From the NCBI RefSeq assembly GCF_947568905.1, contig NC_079165.1:31000001-31064000 (forward strand): a stretch of DNA of 64,000 bases, written 5' to 3'. This stretch comes from Ostrea edulis. Taxonomy: Eukaryota. The position numbers and the translations under genes were made by a program. Shown in pieces: positions 51,411 to 64,000 of this stretch. Under the pieces are notes generated by a model. It was not told the origin of the DNA, did not search any database, and saw only the letters and a program-made list of their open reading frames with translations. The first letter of the stretch is position 1, and every line of letters begins with the position of its first letter.

Positions 51411-52232
51411 TACTGGGTTCCTTATTCATTGGCAACAACGTCAACATAAAGGTGTGTTTGTCACGATCCATTCTGTCTATATTCCATTTCTCCTGCGGAC
51501 TTTTAATTCATTTCAAAAAATCACATACAGTCAAAAATTAGTAATTGCCCATTTCGCAGTGGTAATTGATTTGTAAAAATTCGTCATTTGTTAAAAGTAC
51601 GCTTAGGTCATTGCATACGGATGTGCAAGATTACAAATAGGATTAGGTGATGAATAGATTTCCTGCTGATGGGAGTCGAACTACCGATTATGCTTTATCT
51701 ATGATAGATAAATTTAATATAATGTAATGCACAATTGTTTCTAGAAGTCTGGAACAAAAATCTTAAACGCTTTCTTGAACTACACGGTATTCGGTTCTGC
51801 ACACAGTCGTACATGTGTAAGTACGTGTAAACGTAAATTTCATACATGCAATTCAACTACAAGTAACTTGTTTACTTCCATTCGCAGGCCTATATGAACA
51901 TAAGAAGTGGATGAAGAAGTACATTTATAATTATACATGTAAATACATGTACTGAATCAGCATCTGTAAAAACAAAACCCATTATAATGCGAAATCCAAA
52001 TGTGAGAAGAGCAGGGAATATGCACAGGTTAAGGTATTATGAACGCATCATGATATCACGAATGCATGTGTATCAATAAATTTCACTGCAAGAGTCATAA
52101 AAACATTTGTATACACATTCAGAATATCACTACTCTTATTTTATCACTATTTGAAATTTTACTTTGATATATTTACGGTACCATATATTCTGTTTATAGA
52201 AGAAGGTTTTTTTTTTTTTTTTACTATATCTT

Positions 52233-52680
52233 CGGTGACGGATTTAAGGGGGGGGGGGGGCCACAGACGGTGCATACTCCCCTAAAATTTTCAAATTTTA
52301 AGGTAAATTGTGGTCTCTAATTTTGAAAAATGTAAACGATAAAAGAAGCAATAATTTCTTGCACTCCTAGAGCAATAAATGGCAAAATCTTTTGATTTAT
52401 TGAATTATTTTTATTGAGAGAACTTACATTTTTTCCAAAAACCCTTAGAATTTGCGTCATTTTATTAATTTCTCTCTATCAAAAATGACAGAATATAGTA
52501 AAAGTGACTACATAGGAGACATATTTCAAGCCCTATAAAATCTGTAAAATCCAGGGGCTTCGCCCCTCTGGGTCCCCATGAGGGCTTCGCTTTGGACCCA
52601 CTGGGGGCCTCAAGGCGGCCACCAAATCCCCTGCCTCATAAAGTTGCGCCCCCTAACCACAATTCCTGGATCCGCCCCTG
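52233..52680. mobile_element. MITE ending in GGATCCGCCCCTG
   Basis: Degenerate TIR; partial copy at 16161. Confidence 0.75.
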
Positions 52681-52828
52681 ATAAAAATCATGTACACAGT
52701 TGTACCTTAATTTGGTATGCATTATATCAATAATATCAATTTAGCTTTGGTCAAATGCTACATGCGTTATAGTAATGAGGCAAATGATCACGGAACGTAC
52801 AAGGACTCAAACTAGTAGAACATTACCT

Positions 52829-53104
52829 CAATGGCGGATATAGGGGGTGGGGGTGGGGTCGGAAAACTCCCAGCTCTTCGTGGTTTCTTTTAAAACCACA
52901 CCACGACTATAGATGAAAGGAAGAAGGAACAAGAATTTCAGTCGAAAATGCATTAAAATGCACCATTTTAAATCAATCTTTTTAAAATTGTCCATGGGGA
53001 GCCCCCCCCCCCCCTCACATAGGGGATAGGGCCCCTCCCATGCCCTACCCCTTCGGACCTCACCCCCCCACACACACACACAGTAAGGTCTAGATTCGCC
53101 ACTG
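52829..53104. mobile_element. MITE with CA(A/G)TGGCG(G/A)AT TIRs; relative at 63064-63223
   Basis: TIRs, G/C-run interior. Confidence 0.7.
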
Positions 53105-54216
53105 TACATTGTACTTTTAAGGAGAAGGCTTATACAGGAGCTACCTGTTGCATAATCCTTATTATGCTATACATAATGAAATACTGTTCAAATAAATAAT
53201 TATGCTTTATTTAGGCGAAATATCATTGGCCTTGTGGAAAAAAGTAAGATGTAGTCCATGACTTTGAATTTTTTTTAAAAAAAATACTGTTTAAATATTA
53301 TGGATACCCAACTTGACTTTGTAGCCGAACTACAACATGTTTACTGCTGTACACAGGAATGTGGATGGCTATTTTAGATTAAATTGTCACTTGTACAACA
53401 CGTGGATTTATTGTGAAGTAATTGATTATTTGTCATATTTAAAGAGAGGTACTGGTAAGTTATTAGATTATGTTTTCTATCCTTTTGATTGTATATCAAT
53501 AAAATATGTTAAAAACATCTAATTATCATTAAATCTATAAATGAATTTATTTCACGTACTCGTGGTACTGTTGAGATAAGTTTGAACCTATCACCAAAAC
53601 TCTTGACAGACATTTTAAAAGGAAATAATTGCTAATCAATTACCATTGCTCTTCGGAGATCATAAAAGGTTTTGGCAACAAAGAGTTAAAAGGGAAGGAT
53701 GCACGTGGTGATATCTAGTCATTTCATCTATGCAGTAAGTCCTTGTAGCTTCTATACCGAGAGGACTTGTATATACAGGTATATAGACAATGCCTGTTGA
53801 TTCGACCCTGTTATACGGTTCACTGATTAAATCAAATCTGACCAAGTTCATTTAATAACATTCACATTTCCAATATTTTTACTTTCCACATCATTAGGCC
53901 TACCAATTGAAATAATAGCCATCTCCTCATGATGTGAACAATGTGGGTTTGAATCTTGATAAATACAGTGCGATTGACTATTTTAACGGCTGGGATTATT
54001 CCGACAGATATGAAAGTAAAATGTAAATATTAAAAAAAAAACACCCCAAATTTTCATTTTTGGAATACATGAAGGTTAATCTCAGCTGAGATTCGGCTTG
54101 ACTAAATATCTGGGCTGACGCTTTCACCGAATCTCGGAGCAGTCCTTCATAATTTATTAATTAGACAGTTGATTCTTCAACAAAATTGAAAAGTGATCAT
54201 TCATCCAAAAAATTAA

Positions 54217-55078
54217 TTTGTTAAACGCCACTCAGATTCCACGAACAAGTACCCTCAAGTTGATATAAAAAAGATGCTGGAGTTTCTCATTGACAATGTC
54301 TTCGTAGTCTTTGGTGATCATCTCTTCCAACAGTATGTTGGAATTACCATGGTCACGAATTGCGCTCCTTTATTGGCTGACCTGTTCTCATATTCTTATG
54401 AGACAGAATTTATTTAAAAGGTTCTACAAGAGAAGAAAAACTCTAACTGTGACCTTCATTTTGACATTTAGATATATCGACGACGTTTTATTTATCAACA
54501 ATAATCATTCATATGTCAATTCGATACATCCCAGTAAACTCGAAATAAAAGACACAACAGAGTCTTTCATATCTGCTTCGCACTTAGATATTTTATCGAA
54601 CAACTCAACTTTATCACAAATTCTGCTTCTCCATCGTCAACTTTCCATATTTATGTAGCAATATTCCATTATCATCTCCATATGGTGTTTATATCTCTTA
54701 ACTGATTCGATACACGAGAGCATGTCTTCTATGTAATTATCAATTTTTAAACCGAGGGAGGCTTCTGACAAATAAGTTGATATTACAGGAATTCGCAAAT
54801 TCTTTGGTCGTATAATGATCTTATATGCAAAATACAACAAAAAAATTATTGTCCTTAAGTCAAATGCTGTCTGATTTTTACCGTGGATTACCCTGATTAC
54901 CTGATCAAGAGAGAGGGCTCACGGTGGATGCGACCGGTCAAAAGGGGATGCTGACTCCTCCTTAAATGATACCTTATCCCACTGTTGTTTTCAAGAGTCC
55001 GTGTTTGCCCTACTATCAATTTGTATTTTTATAGGATTTTGTGATTGACAATTAATTGTTATCTTCACCCTTTTCATA
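54217..55078 (+). mobile_element. Decayed Penelope-like retroelement (RT plus 3' tail)
   Basis: KMLEFLIDNVFVVFGD..QQYVGITMVTNCAPLLADLF; FRYIDDVL. Confidence 0.88.
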
Positions 55079-55279
55079 TAGAATCAAGAGAAGTCAATTC
55101 AATAAATTCAGTGGCCGTATAGTTAAAAATCTTTCAAAACCATAGACTTATTTTGCATTTGGCAAAGTCTGTCTAATATTATTCACACTAAATTGAACCA
55201 CAACCGCGTTCTTAAAATCATTATTTATTCAGAATAAATTCTTGAATGGATTGCATTCTTAATGTTCTTGTTGCATGTT

Positions 55280-55564
55280 TTGGTTGGTTTGTTTTACGTC
55301 CCGCCGAGTATTTCTCACTCATATAGAGAAGTCACCAGTTGTAGGTGAAGTACCACAAATATAGACCTGTGCTTACGGCAGTAGAAGTGAGGGTTCTTTA
55401 ACGTGCCAACACCTATCGCTCTCAAGGTCATATCCGGTAAACCCGTGATACTCACTTCTAAAAGCCTAGCGTAGTTTTGACGCGATCATGGCCCGAGTGA
55501 GACTCGAACTCACGACCTCTCGGTTAGGAAGCGAACACTCTACCACCGAGCTACCGCGATCGGT
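55280..55564 (-). mobile_element. tRNA-derived SINE
   Basis: A box TAGCTCGGTGG, B box GAGTTCGAGTC, (AACC)n tail. Confidence 0.85.
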
Positions 55565-56099
55565 CTTTGTTGTGTGTAAAGATATTTTAATGTTCGAAGT
55601 GATCTTTTTAACAGTCTGTACATTGTCTTGGATATCACAAATACACCTTTTACATTTAGGTTTATTAGAACTGCGCCACAGCATTTTTTCTGCTGTTTAC
55701 AATTTCACATTATATGTAAATTCAATTTCTAATACTTTCTTTGCAATGACAACTGTTCGTTTATAGAGGAGAGGAACCAGTCCTTTTGATGTACATGATA
55801 AAATCTTGCATTGATTGCATGTGCTGTCTAGTAACTTTTACATGTGGTGTATCTGTGAACCTTAAATCAAACAAAGTTAACTAAAAAAAAGTCAAATATA
55901 TTGACGCATTAGACTTTTTTTCTAGGAATTTGAGATCAAAAAAGCAAAACCACATGACACTTGTCACTGATTTCGTATGCGTTTATGGTTGTTCGCAGAA
56001 GGCAACAAATGGCATTACAAATGTAGCCCCCCCCCCCCACTTTCTCTTTGACAAGTTAATGATACACTAACATAACATTCAAATCTGTCAGAATTATAT

Positions 56100-59000
56100 T
56101 TATATCAGCCACGGAAGTATGGCGCTGCTGAACACTGTTCGATTATTGGGCCATTCATTGTGCGCCACTCCAGAAATGGTGTACGTCTTGATCTTCTTCT
56201 GGTTGAATAACGTCTGTAAACCGAACGAATCATCCAGAAAGTACTGAAAATATAGTAAAAGTACATTTACTGTATATTTGATTTCTGTGCTGATTTCTTT
56301 AGCGAACACTTCTAAGGAAGTTGCAAAACATATTCGCAAGCAAAGTGTCCCATTTGCTTACGTTCATCTTCCCTTAGCATGTTTACCGGTAATTCCATTT
56401 CCACATGTCCACTATCTGCCCTTCTCCGGACTCTAAGAGTTATCGTTCTTTTACAAATAAAATTATCAGCCAAGCATAGTCAATGGTAACACAATTGTGA
56501 ATATTTATAATAAACACACGTGTAGCGAAAATTGATGAATTCAAATCGAGTGATTTAGTGTTAAATTTTAAATTAGAGATAATCAGATAAAATTGATTAC
56601 TAACAATGCACAAGATTTCTGGAGCACTGAAACAGGTAGCGGTAAATTAATGATTTATGAAGGTGTGCCAGTCGTTTTTTTCTGACACAGTTCTTGTCAT
56701 TATTGCACGACTTGTATTTATTTTGAGTTAACAAACTGGTCAGCCATAAACTTTTCATCAAATATAGTTCATCAAATTCCCATAAGATAGAAGACGTAGC
56801 AACTCAAGCATGTGTGTCGAAATTACAGTACATTGTATATAATCGATAACATGCGAGTGTGAAGGAGGCGATATGCTTGGATGTTCTGGAAAGCAAAGAC
56901 GCTTTATATAATTTGAATGTTTATGAAATGGGACAAAGTCTCCCAAGGGGGAGATGAAAATAAGCGAACCAGACACCTGACTGCCAAGATGCAGTCGAAC
57001 CATAAATTTTACTTGTAAGCTTTTAAGGTATTCAACCCATAATAGAACGAAAGTCTACATTTTTATTCAAACAATGCATTGGTTGGCTGGTTGAGTCCCG
57101 TCGGAAATTTTTCACTCATATTGAGACGTCACCAGCTGTTAAACCTATAGTATGCATAGCGCTACGGCTGTGGCAGTGAAGGTTCTTGAACGTGCCAACG
57201 CCTGTCGCAACACGGGACCTCTGTATTTAAGGTAATATCCGGAAGACCCGTTATTCTTACTTCTAAATGCCGAGCGTTTGGCGAAGGATCAATCACTACC
57301 TATGTTAGCGTTTTAGGTTTAACGCGGCCATGGCACAAGCGGGACTCTAACTCACGACCTCCCGGTTACGAAGCGAACGCTCTACCACTGAGCTACCATG
57401 ACCCGTGAACAATGCAATGAGACCAAACTACAAAATCATTGAGATATTTGTGTAAATATTATGTATGGAAACCGTAAAACTATCTCAGTGATCTTTTTAC
57501 ATCAGTTATATTCCCTGTTTATAAATGTTTGTTGTTATATGTACATGTACGCTGTTTTACGTCCCTTTTAAGAAGGTTTCACACGTGTAGAAACGTCAAT
57601 AACTTGTGAGTAAAGCGTAACAAATTCTAACTTTTGAATTGTGCTCGTCGCAAACCACGGTTTTGAGTACACACACGCTCCCGGATGATGGAGAGAATCA
57701 ATTAGAAGCACCTGTGAATAACCGACGATGTCAGGACCCTAACAGTAAGGATTCTTTATTGTGCCAACGCCTACTGAGACACGTGACCTTTGTTTTCAAG
57801 GTCATATCCGAAAAAACTCTTGCCGTTTACTTCTATATGGCGAGCGCTTGGCGAAGGAGCAGTCACTGCATGCACGTGTGTTCTGTGTAAACGTCTTAGC
57901 TACGACACCGGAATGGGGAAATCAAACCCGTACCTCCCCGTTACAGAGAGCGTCCTAACCACTAGAACACAGCGTCTGCTTACTAATGAGAAAAAAATCA
58001 TTAACAAAACAATGGTATTAAATCTTATAGGCAGTAGTTCAATAAATATCTTCTACTCTGAGCAAGTCATACCGTAACATATAGTCCCTATCGGTTTAGA
58101 AAAGAGACAGTAAAGTTTAGGTCCCAGGAGGGATCCTTGTGGAACGCCAAAGGAAATCTCATGCTCGGTGACTTTGACAATGTGAATATAAACATACTGA
58201 CACCGATTCTTTAGGCACGTGGATTGATTGATTGTTTTTACGTCCCGTCGAGGATTTTTCACTCATATTGAGACGTCACCAGCTGTAAGTGATGTACCAC
58301 ATTTAGACCCTATGCTTAGCATTCAGAGTCGTAGCAGTGAGAGTTCTTTATCGTGCCAACGCCTGCCACGAAACGGGGCCTCCGCTTTTAAGGTCATATC
58401 CGAAAGACCCGTGATTCTCATTTCTAAATGCCGATTGTTTGGCGAAAGAACAATCACTATCTATTTTAATGTCTTAGGTGTGACGCGGACATGGCACGAG
58501 CGGGGCACGACCTCAGGGACAACTTCACAACTGTTATCTAAGGTCGCAAACCCCTGGAAATACTGCGAATATACCGGGGTGTGATTTATATTTTACAACA
58601 TATGCTGGAGAAACGGTGTTACTAGTATGTCGAGCTTTCAACAGAAAACAAAATGATATTAAGGAGGTAATACCTTAATGCGACAACACACTGTGATTTT
58701 CTTGTTGGCTCATTTATTCAAATAAAAATGCGTCACTTCCTGCTTACATATTGTACTAGTGTTCTTTAGAAAGAATGATCATTTTGGCAAATTTCAATCT
58801 AAGGATGATAACGCCATTTAAAAGACTTAAATTTACATATGTCAAGTTGAAAGATGATAATTCTCAATTTTACCATCTTCGCTAGCCTAGGGTGACGATA
58901 CACGGAGAAATAACATGCATCGTCACCCCTGGCTAGTGAATATGCAATTTTACAAACAATCTACCACTGTGTCTAAAATGTGGAGAAATCTGCACTATTA

Positions 59001-59391
59001 TGCACATAATACACTAGAAATCCCTTTGGAACGAATGCAGAAGATAATTCAAATCCTAACTTAATAAATATCTTCGTGTATCCCTGTTTTCAACCGGTTT
59101 TATTACTTCATTTCGAATACGTGACTGGTGGAAGTTAAACCTATTAATTTTGTAGAGACTAGGTAAGTTTATGCAATAAGAACAATCAATTTAGGATTGA
59201 TTGATTGATTGAATATTGTTTAACGTCCCTCTCGAGAATATTTCACTCATATGGAGACGTCACCACTGCAAGTGAAGGGCTGCAAAATTTAGGCCTTTGC
59301 TCGGCGCTTATGGATTTATCGTGCCACACCTGCTGTGACACGTGACTTTGATTGATTGATTGAATATTGTTTAACGTCCCGCTCAAGAATA

Positions 59392-59423
<32 letters not shown>

Positions 59424-62400
59424 TGAAGGGCTGCAAAATTTAGGCCTATGCTCGGCGCTTATTGAGCAAGGAGGGTTCTTTATCATGCCACACCTGCTGG
59501 GACACGGGACCTCGGTTTTTGTGATCTCATTCGAAGGACCGCCCCATTTAGTCGCCTCTTACGACAAGCAAGGGGGTACTGAGGACCTATTCTAACCCGG
59601 ATCCCCACGACACGGGACTTTGGTTTTAGCGGTCTCATCCGAAGGACCGCCCCATTTAATCGCCTTTTACGACAAGCAAGGGGTACCGAGGACCTATTCT
59701 AACCCGGATCCCAACTTAGGATGATTTTAAAACACAGGCCTAGGACATTTGGAATGTAGAGAAATTATAGGACAAAATAAATGGAAATACCTTATGGGAA
59801 CAGACATTTTAGGAATTTATGAAGAATTGATTGAACTTGAAGTCTGATTTAAATTCCTAGAATCCAGAAGGAATGTTGTCAGTTGATGAACTTTTAAGAT
59901 ATTGGTTGTTCAAGAGGAGTTGAAAATTTTTGCGTTGATATATGATAATATTATATTACATGTAGCACATAAGGACGGAAGTGCTTGGACAAATACTATA
60001 AACATCCCAGCATACAATTTTTTGTAGGATTATTAAATTCTTCCCTGCAAATTTTATTAAAGAATCTTGGTAAATAATCCCTTTTTGTATTCAAGCGAAA
60101 TTCTTATTATATCAGCTAGATTTTTCGGGGGAAAAGGATTTATACATGTAGTTCCCACCTAAAAAAAGGAAACGATGGAAAATAACTTTTGAAGAAAGTG
60201 TGAATCCAGATGGAATTTGGAACTTTTTATTTGGAATGTAGAGAAATTATTGGACAAAATAAATGGAAAGACCTTATGGGAACAGACATTTTAGGAATTT
60301 ATGAAGAATTGATTGAACTTGAAGTCTGATTTAAGTTCCTAGAATCCAGAGGGATTAGGGGAAAGGGATATAATCCAGAGGGATTGATCACTGTTCGTTA
60401 TCTTCACCTTTCATTTGCAAAATGGATCAGTATGCACAAAGGATTGATTGTTTTGACATTTTCCGCCACACTAAAAAAAATTTCAGTTATCTGGCGGCGC
60501 CCAGTTTTTGTTGGTGGAAGAGAGAACCCAGATACACTGTACCTGGGAAGAGACCACCGACCTTCCGAAAGTAAACTGGGAAACTTTCTCACTTATGGTA
60601 CCTTCACATTCACGGATTTTTCTTACGGATCCTTACGTATTCCACAAATCCGTAAAAGTACACAGATTGTTACGAATTAGACTCTTTAAAGAGCTATATA
60701 AGAACGTTTAAAGAGTATTTACGGGTCATTTCCGGTTTACTACGAGTTCTTGCGATGCATTTACGACAAACATTTACGATTTTTTCCGAGTGAACACGGA
60801 TAAATACGAGCAATTTACGACATTTTACGAGCTTTTTAGGGATTGTTACAAGTATATCACGGGAATTTACGATTTAGCTTAGCTTTTACGTGTAAATCAC
60901 GACCTGTTAACGTGTTGATAACGTGCTGTTACGAATAGTTAGGAGTTAGTTACGATTGTTTACGTTTTTGACTCCAAAGTGTTCGCAATTGGCTTTGTAT
61001 TAACATTCGACAACTGACATTAATGTGTAACTTCTTTGATGTCTTGATAACAACTGAAAGAAACTGTCAGATTTTGCGTCTTTTATACCTTTCCTTAATC
61101 GGAAAGTTTAAGTATGTACTCGTAAAGTAATCGTGTCTATACGTAAAGCGCTCGTAATGACTCTGAACAATCCGTAAAGCGATTGTAACCCGACGTGAAT
61201 GAAATCGTAAATATCACTATCCGTAACATATCGTAAACTAACCGCAAAGATTCCTAAAAAAAATTACGAGTGTTTTACGGATTCTTACGAGCAGTTTACG
61301 TGTTCTTGCGACCAGTTTACGATACTTACGGATTGTTACAAGTTATTTACGGAAAACGAAATCCGTGGAGAATCGTGAATTTTTTTTTGACATGTCAAAA
61401 AATTTGACCCTACTTTCACGGATCCTTACGCGTGTGTGCGAGTTGTGACGAGTTATTAACGGATACCGAAGAGTGATTTACGAATGCTTGCGATTGACTA
61501 CGAGTCGGAGATCCGTAAGGACTCATAAGAAAAATCCGTGAGTGTGAAGGTGGTATTACCGGCGCGAGCGGGATTCCGCCTTCAATTCACCTTAGGAAGT
61601 AGCCCGAGTTCTCTTCCAACATCAAATGTAAACGATTGATTGATTCTATAAACTATAGAAATTGCATAAAATGAGAGATAATTGCAATTGACAAAGTTCA
61701 TTTTAATTGGACAATGTAATGAAGCAGCAATTACCGGTAGACAATGCGATACAGAACGCGGCCATTTTTGTTGTTTCAACCAGTTGTTCTTTGAATATTC
61801 ACCTGATCAACGTACAAGTTATCTTGACAATTACAAGTATAGTTATCGTTCTTTACTTTAAAGAAATAAACAAACCACGATGTCCAAACACTTACTTTAT
61901 GTGCTACTTATTGATTAATTTTTATTTTTATGGTGAATTTAAGCAAATAAGACGTTTAGAATATCAAAATCCAACATTATATCTAATGTAACTAACAAAA
62001 AGTCTACAAGCCCATCGGACTTCCTGATTTTTTATTTTCACTGACTCGACCCAAAAATTCACTGGCCTCGGTCTTCGGACCACTGAGTTTTCGTGAAGAC
62101 TAATTGTCAGTCGTTCAGTTCTGCTTCATACTTAGATATTTTATTGAAAGTAGACATTGACGGCAACCTGACAACTCAACTGTATGGCAAACGGGGTGAT
62201 TTCAGCTTCTCCATCGTCAACTTCCCATATTTATGTAGCAATATTCCATTATCACCTGCATATGGTGTTTATATCTCTCAACTGATTCGATGAGCAAGAG
62301 CTTGTTCTGCGTATAGTCAGTTTTTATATTGAGGCAAGCTACTGACAAGCACGTTGATGGTACAGGGGTTTCGATTGAAGTCAGCATTTTGCAAATTCTA

Positions 62401-63868
62401 TGGTCGTTATATCGATCTAGTTCGTCAATACAACCTATCATTGGGTCAAATGCTGTCTGACGTGTTTCATACCGATTGTTAAGCCGTTCTTGGCACGCTG
62501 ATGTTGACTACGGATAACTCCGTTTACCTGATTAGGATATAGGGCTCACGGCGGGTGTGACCAGTCGACAGGGGATGCTTACTCCTCCTATGCACCTGAT
62601 CCCACCTCTGGTGTGTCCAGGGGTCCGTGTTTACCCAACTATCTATTTTGTATTGCCTGTAGGAGTTATGAGATTGATCACTGTTCGTTATCTCCACAAA
62701 CATCCGTGCATCAAAGGACCCCATTGGAAATAAGCTTTCGAGCTTTCATGGGTTATCCTTGGTATTTATGTACGTAGTGTTTGTATGTATGTATATACCG
62801 AATAAACATTTATTTATTTATTTTATTTGATATCGTTTAATGATATTGGCATTATTACATGTACATTACAGATAGAGGGTAACTTATATGGAAATATTTT
62901 AGAGAAAGCCACATTTAGAAAAGTAAATCTTTTTGTTTGAATAACTAGGTTTATGAATGTACATGTCAATCGCTGTAAATATTTCATAACTCAGTATGAT
63001 AACTGAAACGATCGTGTGATGAAAGTAAAAATAATTTTTAACACTTCCAATGCATTGGACAGATAGTGGCGGATCTAGAGAGGGGTTATGGAGGCTTCTT
63101 TGAATGAATGTTTTTATCAAAATTGGTAATGTTTTGCCATTTTGGGGTCCTCACCCCCTCCCTTTGGGTGGAAAAGGAACATACTTGGTGCACCTCCCCG
63201 AAAATGTTCTGGATCCGCCACTGGATAAAATAACATTTTATAAGCACGAGTACATGTACATAGAGACATCTACTCAATATCACACGTGACCTATGGTATA
63301 TTCATTGCAAAATAGTTAAGGTAACAACATACCCTTTGTTGCTCCAGTTCAACAACTTTCTCTTGAGAGTCGTAAAATGCAAAATGACTGAAAAAAAGAT
63401 ATAGAATCATGATTCGAAGAAACAAAGCATATTCTGGATGAAGCCCTACTTTGAAAAGCAAACTCAGCTAACACAACAAGCTACAATTTAATCATCACTC
63501 AAATCAGTCCAAAACTGCAAATACCTAGTGCTATTCTAGTATTAAGTAGCGTTAGTAGTGCATTGTTGGGCATGGACAACATAGACTAATATAATATGTA
63601 CCTTGATTCCCATGGAGTAATGACACCATCGTCAGGCCCACCAATCAGAATTAGTCTATTGAGTCTTAAGAAATTTTGCTTGTATTCTGAAAGAGGAAGA
63701 CCAAATATTTGCACTCTTTTTATCGAAATGTAAATCAATCATTTTCAGATCATTACCGAGATGTCATTTAAGATCTCATTTTACCGTTCATTTCGGACGT
63801 ATAGGTATCGTTGTTTAAGGATGCCAGAAAATTACAATATTTTGTGTACTTCTCCAGTTGGTGAGGAT
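56100..63868 (-). CDS. PPT2: Lysosomal thioesterase PPT2-like, 3' four exons: 63785-63868, 63602-63686, 63333-63387, 56100-56243; 5' part beyond the window
   Basis: [15 protein letters not shown] / [32 protein letters not shown] / [32 protein letters not shown]; parallels PPT2 including the catalytic Asp and His motifs; phases consistent. Confidence 0.92.
57079..57405 (-). mobile_element. tRNA-derived SINE, full length
   Basis: A box TAGCTCAGTGG, degenerate B box, same body as 55280. Confidence 0.85.
57730..57975 (-). mobile_element. Degraded related SINE
   Basis: aaggtcatatccg and gcgcttggcgaagg blocks shared with the other copies. Confidence 0.65.
58062..58215 (-). mobile_element. CR1/L2-type LINE RT fragment
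   Basis: [19 protein letters not shown] in the ORF track. Confidence 0.8.
58222..58512 (-). mobile_element. 5'-truncated tRNA-derived SINE
   Basis: Same body, (CAAT)n tail. Confidence 0.8.
59198..59714 (-). mobile_element. SINE copy (59351-59609) nested in another copy of the same family
   Basis: 13-bp TSD acacg(t/g)gactttg at 59338-59350 and 59610-59622. Confidence 0.85.
59745..60350. repeat. Local direct duplication of about 125 bp (59745-59870 and 60228-60350)
   Basis: tttggaatgtagagaaatta...cctagaatccaga present twice. Confidence 0.8.
60596..61555. mobile_element. 960-bp TIR element with TTA TSD (PIF/Harbinger-like) inserted into a SINE
   Basis: ACCTTCACA(T/C)TCACGGATTTTTCTTA TIRs; the host SINE resumes after the insertion. 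Confidence 0.85.
62105..62695 (+). mobile_element. Penelope-like element 3' fragment
   Basis: [53 protein letters not shown]. Confidence 0.88.
63064..63223. mobile_element. Short MITE with AGTGGCGGATC TIRs
   Basis: tagtggcggatctag ... ctggatccgccactg. Confidence 0.75.
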
Positions 63869-64000
63869 CTAAAATGAATGAATTATAGAGGATCTAATAT
63901 GACTTGTATTCGAAATTGTTTTACATAAAAAATCTCAAAATTCACCAACATTTAAAAAACAAAACAAATATTGCCTCATATGATCCTTAACGTGATACCT

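Noticed and set aside
2420-51680. CTGATGA matches as hammerhead ribozyme cores
   Set aside because: None has the flanking stems and GAAA; the one near 18160 is the FADD codons of a LINE RT.
56362-56430. [12 protein letters not shown] with a GTAAGC donor in the last PPT2 intron
   Set aside because: Does not fit the PPT2 frame and has no homology support.

Overview
Eukaryotic, AT-rich, repeat-rich DNA; the repeat families look like those of a bivalve, probably an oyster (inference). No rRNA, CRISPR or prokaryotic features. Three minus-strand genes. (1) The last four coding exons of a lysosomal thioesterase PPT2-like gene (63868..56100). (2) A complete choline transporter-like gene of the SLC44A2/4/5 group, reconstructed by hand: 23 exons, 51257..27785, 2196 nt, 731 aa, with all splice phases consistent. 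(3) Candidate alternative first coding exons of a probable second, tandem SLC44 paralogue (14044, 13289, 3475) whose body lies off the left edge. Highlights: a U12-type intron; two exons whose 5' splice sites are each amplified sevenfold by tandem arrays; an inverted transposon pair bracketing a frame-preserving 13-exon block; modular N-termini including a myristoylation motif; a Cys-rich C-terminus; PPT2-SLC44 linkage recalling MHC class III; and a tRNA-bearing solo LTR. Almost all ORFs in the supplied track are repeat artefacts or partial exons. Coordinates were counted by hand; repeat family names come from recalled motifs, not database searches.
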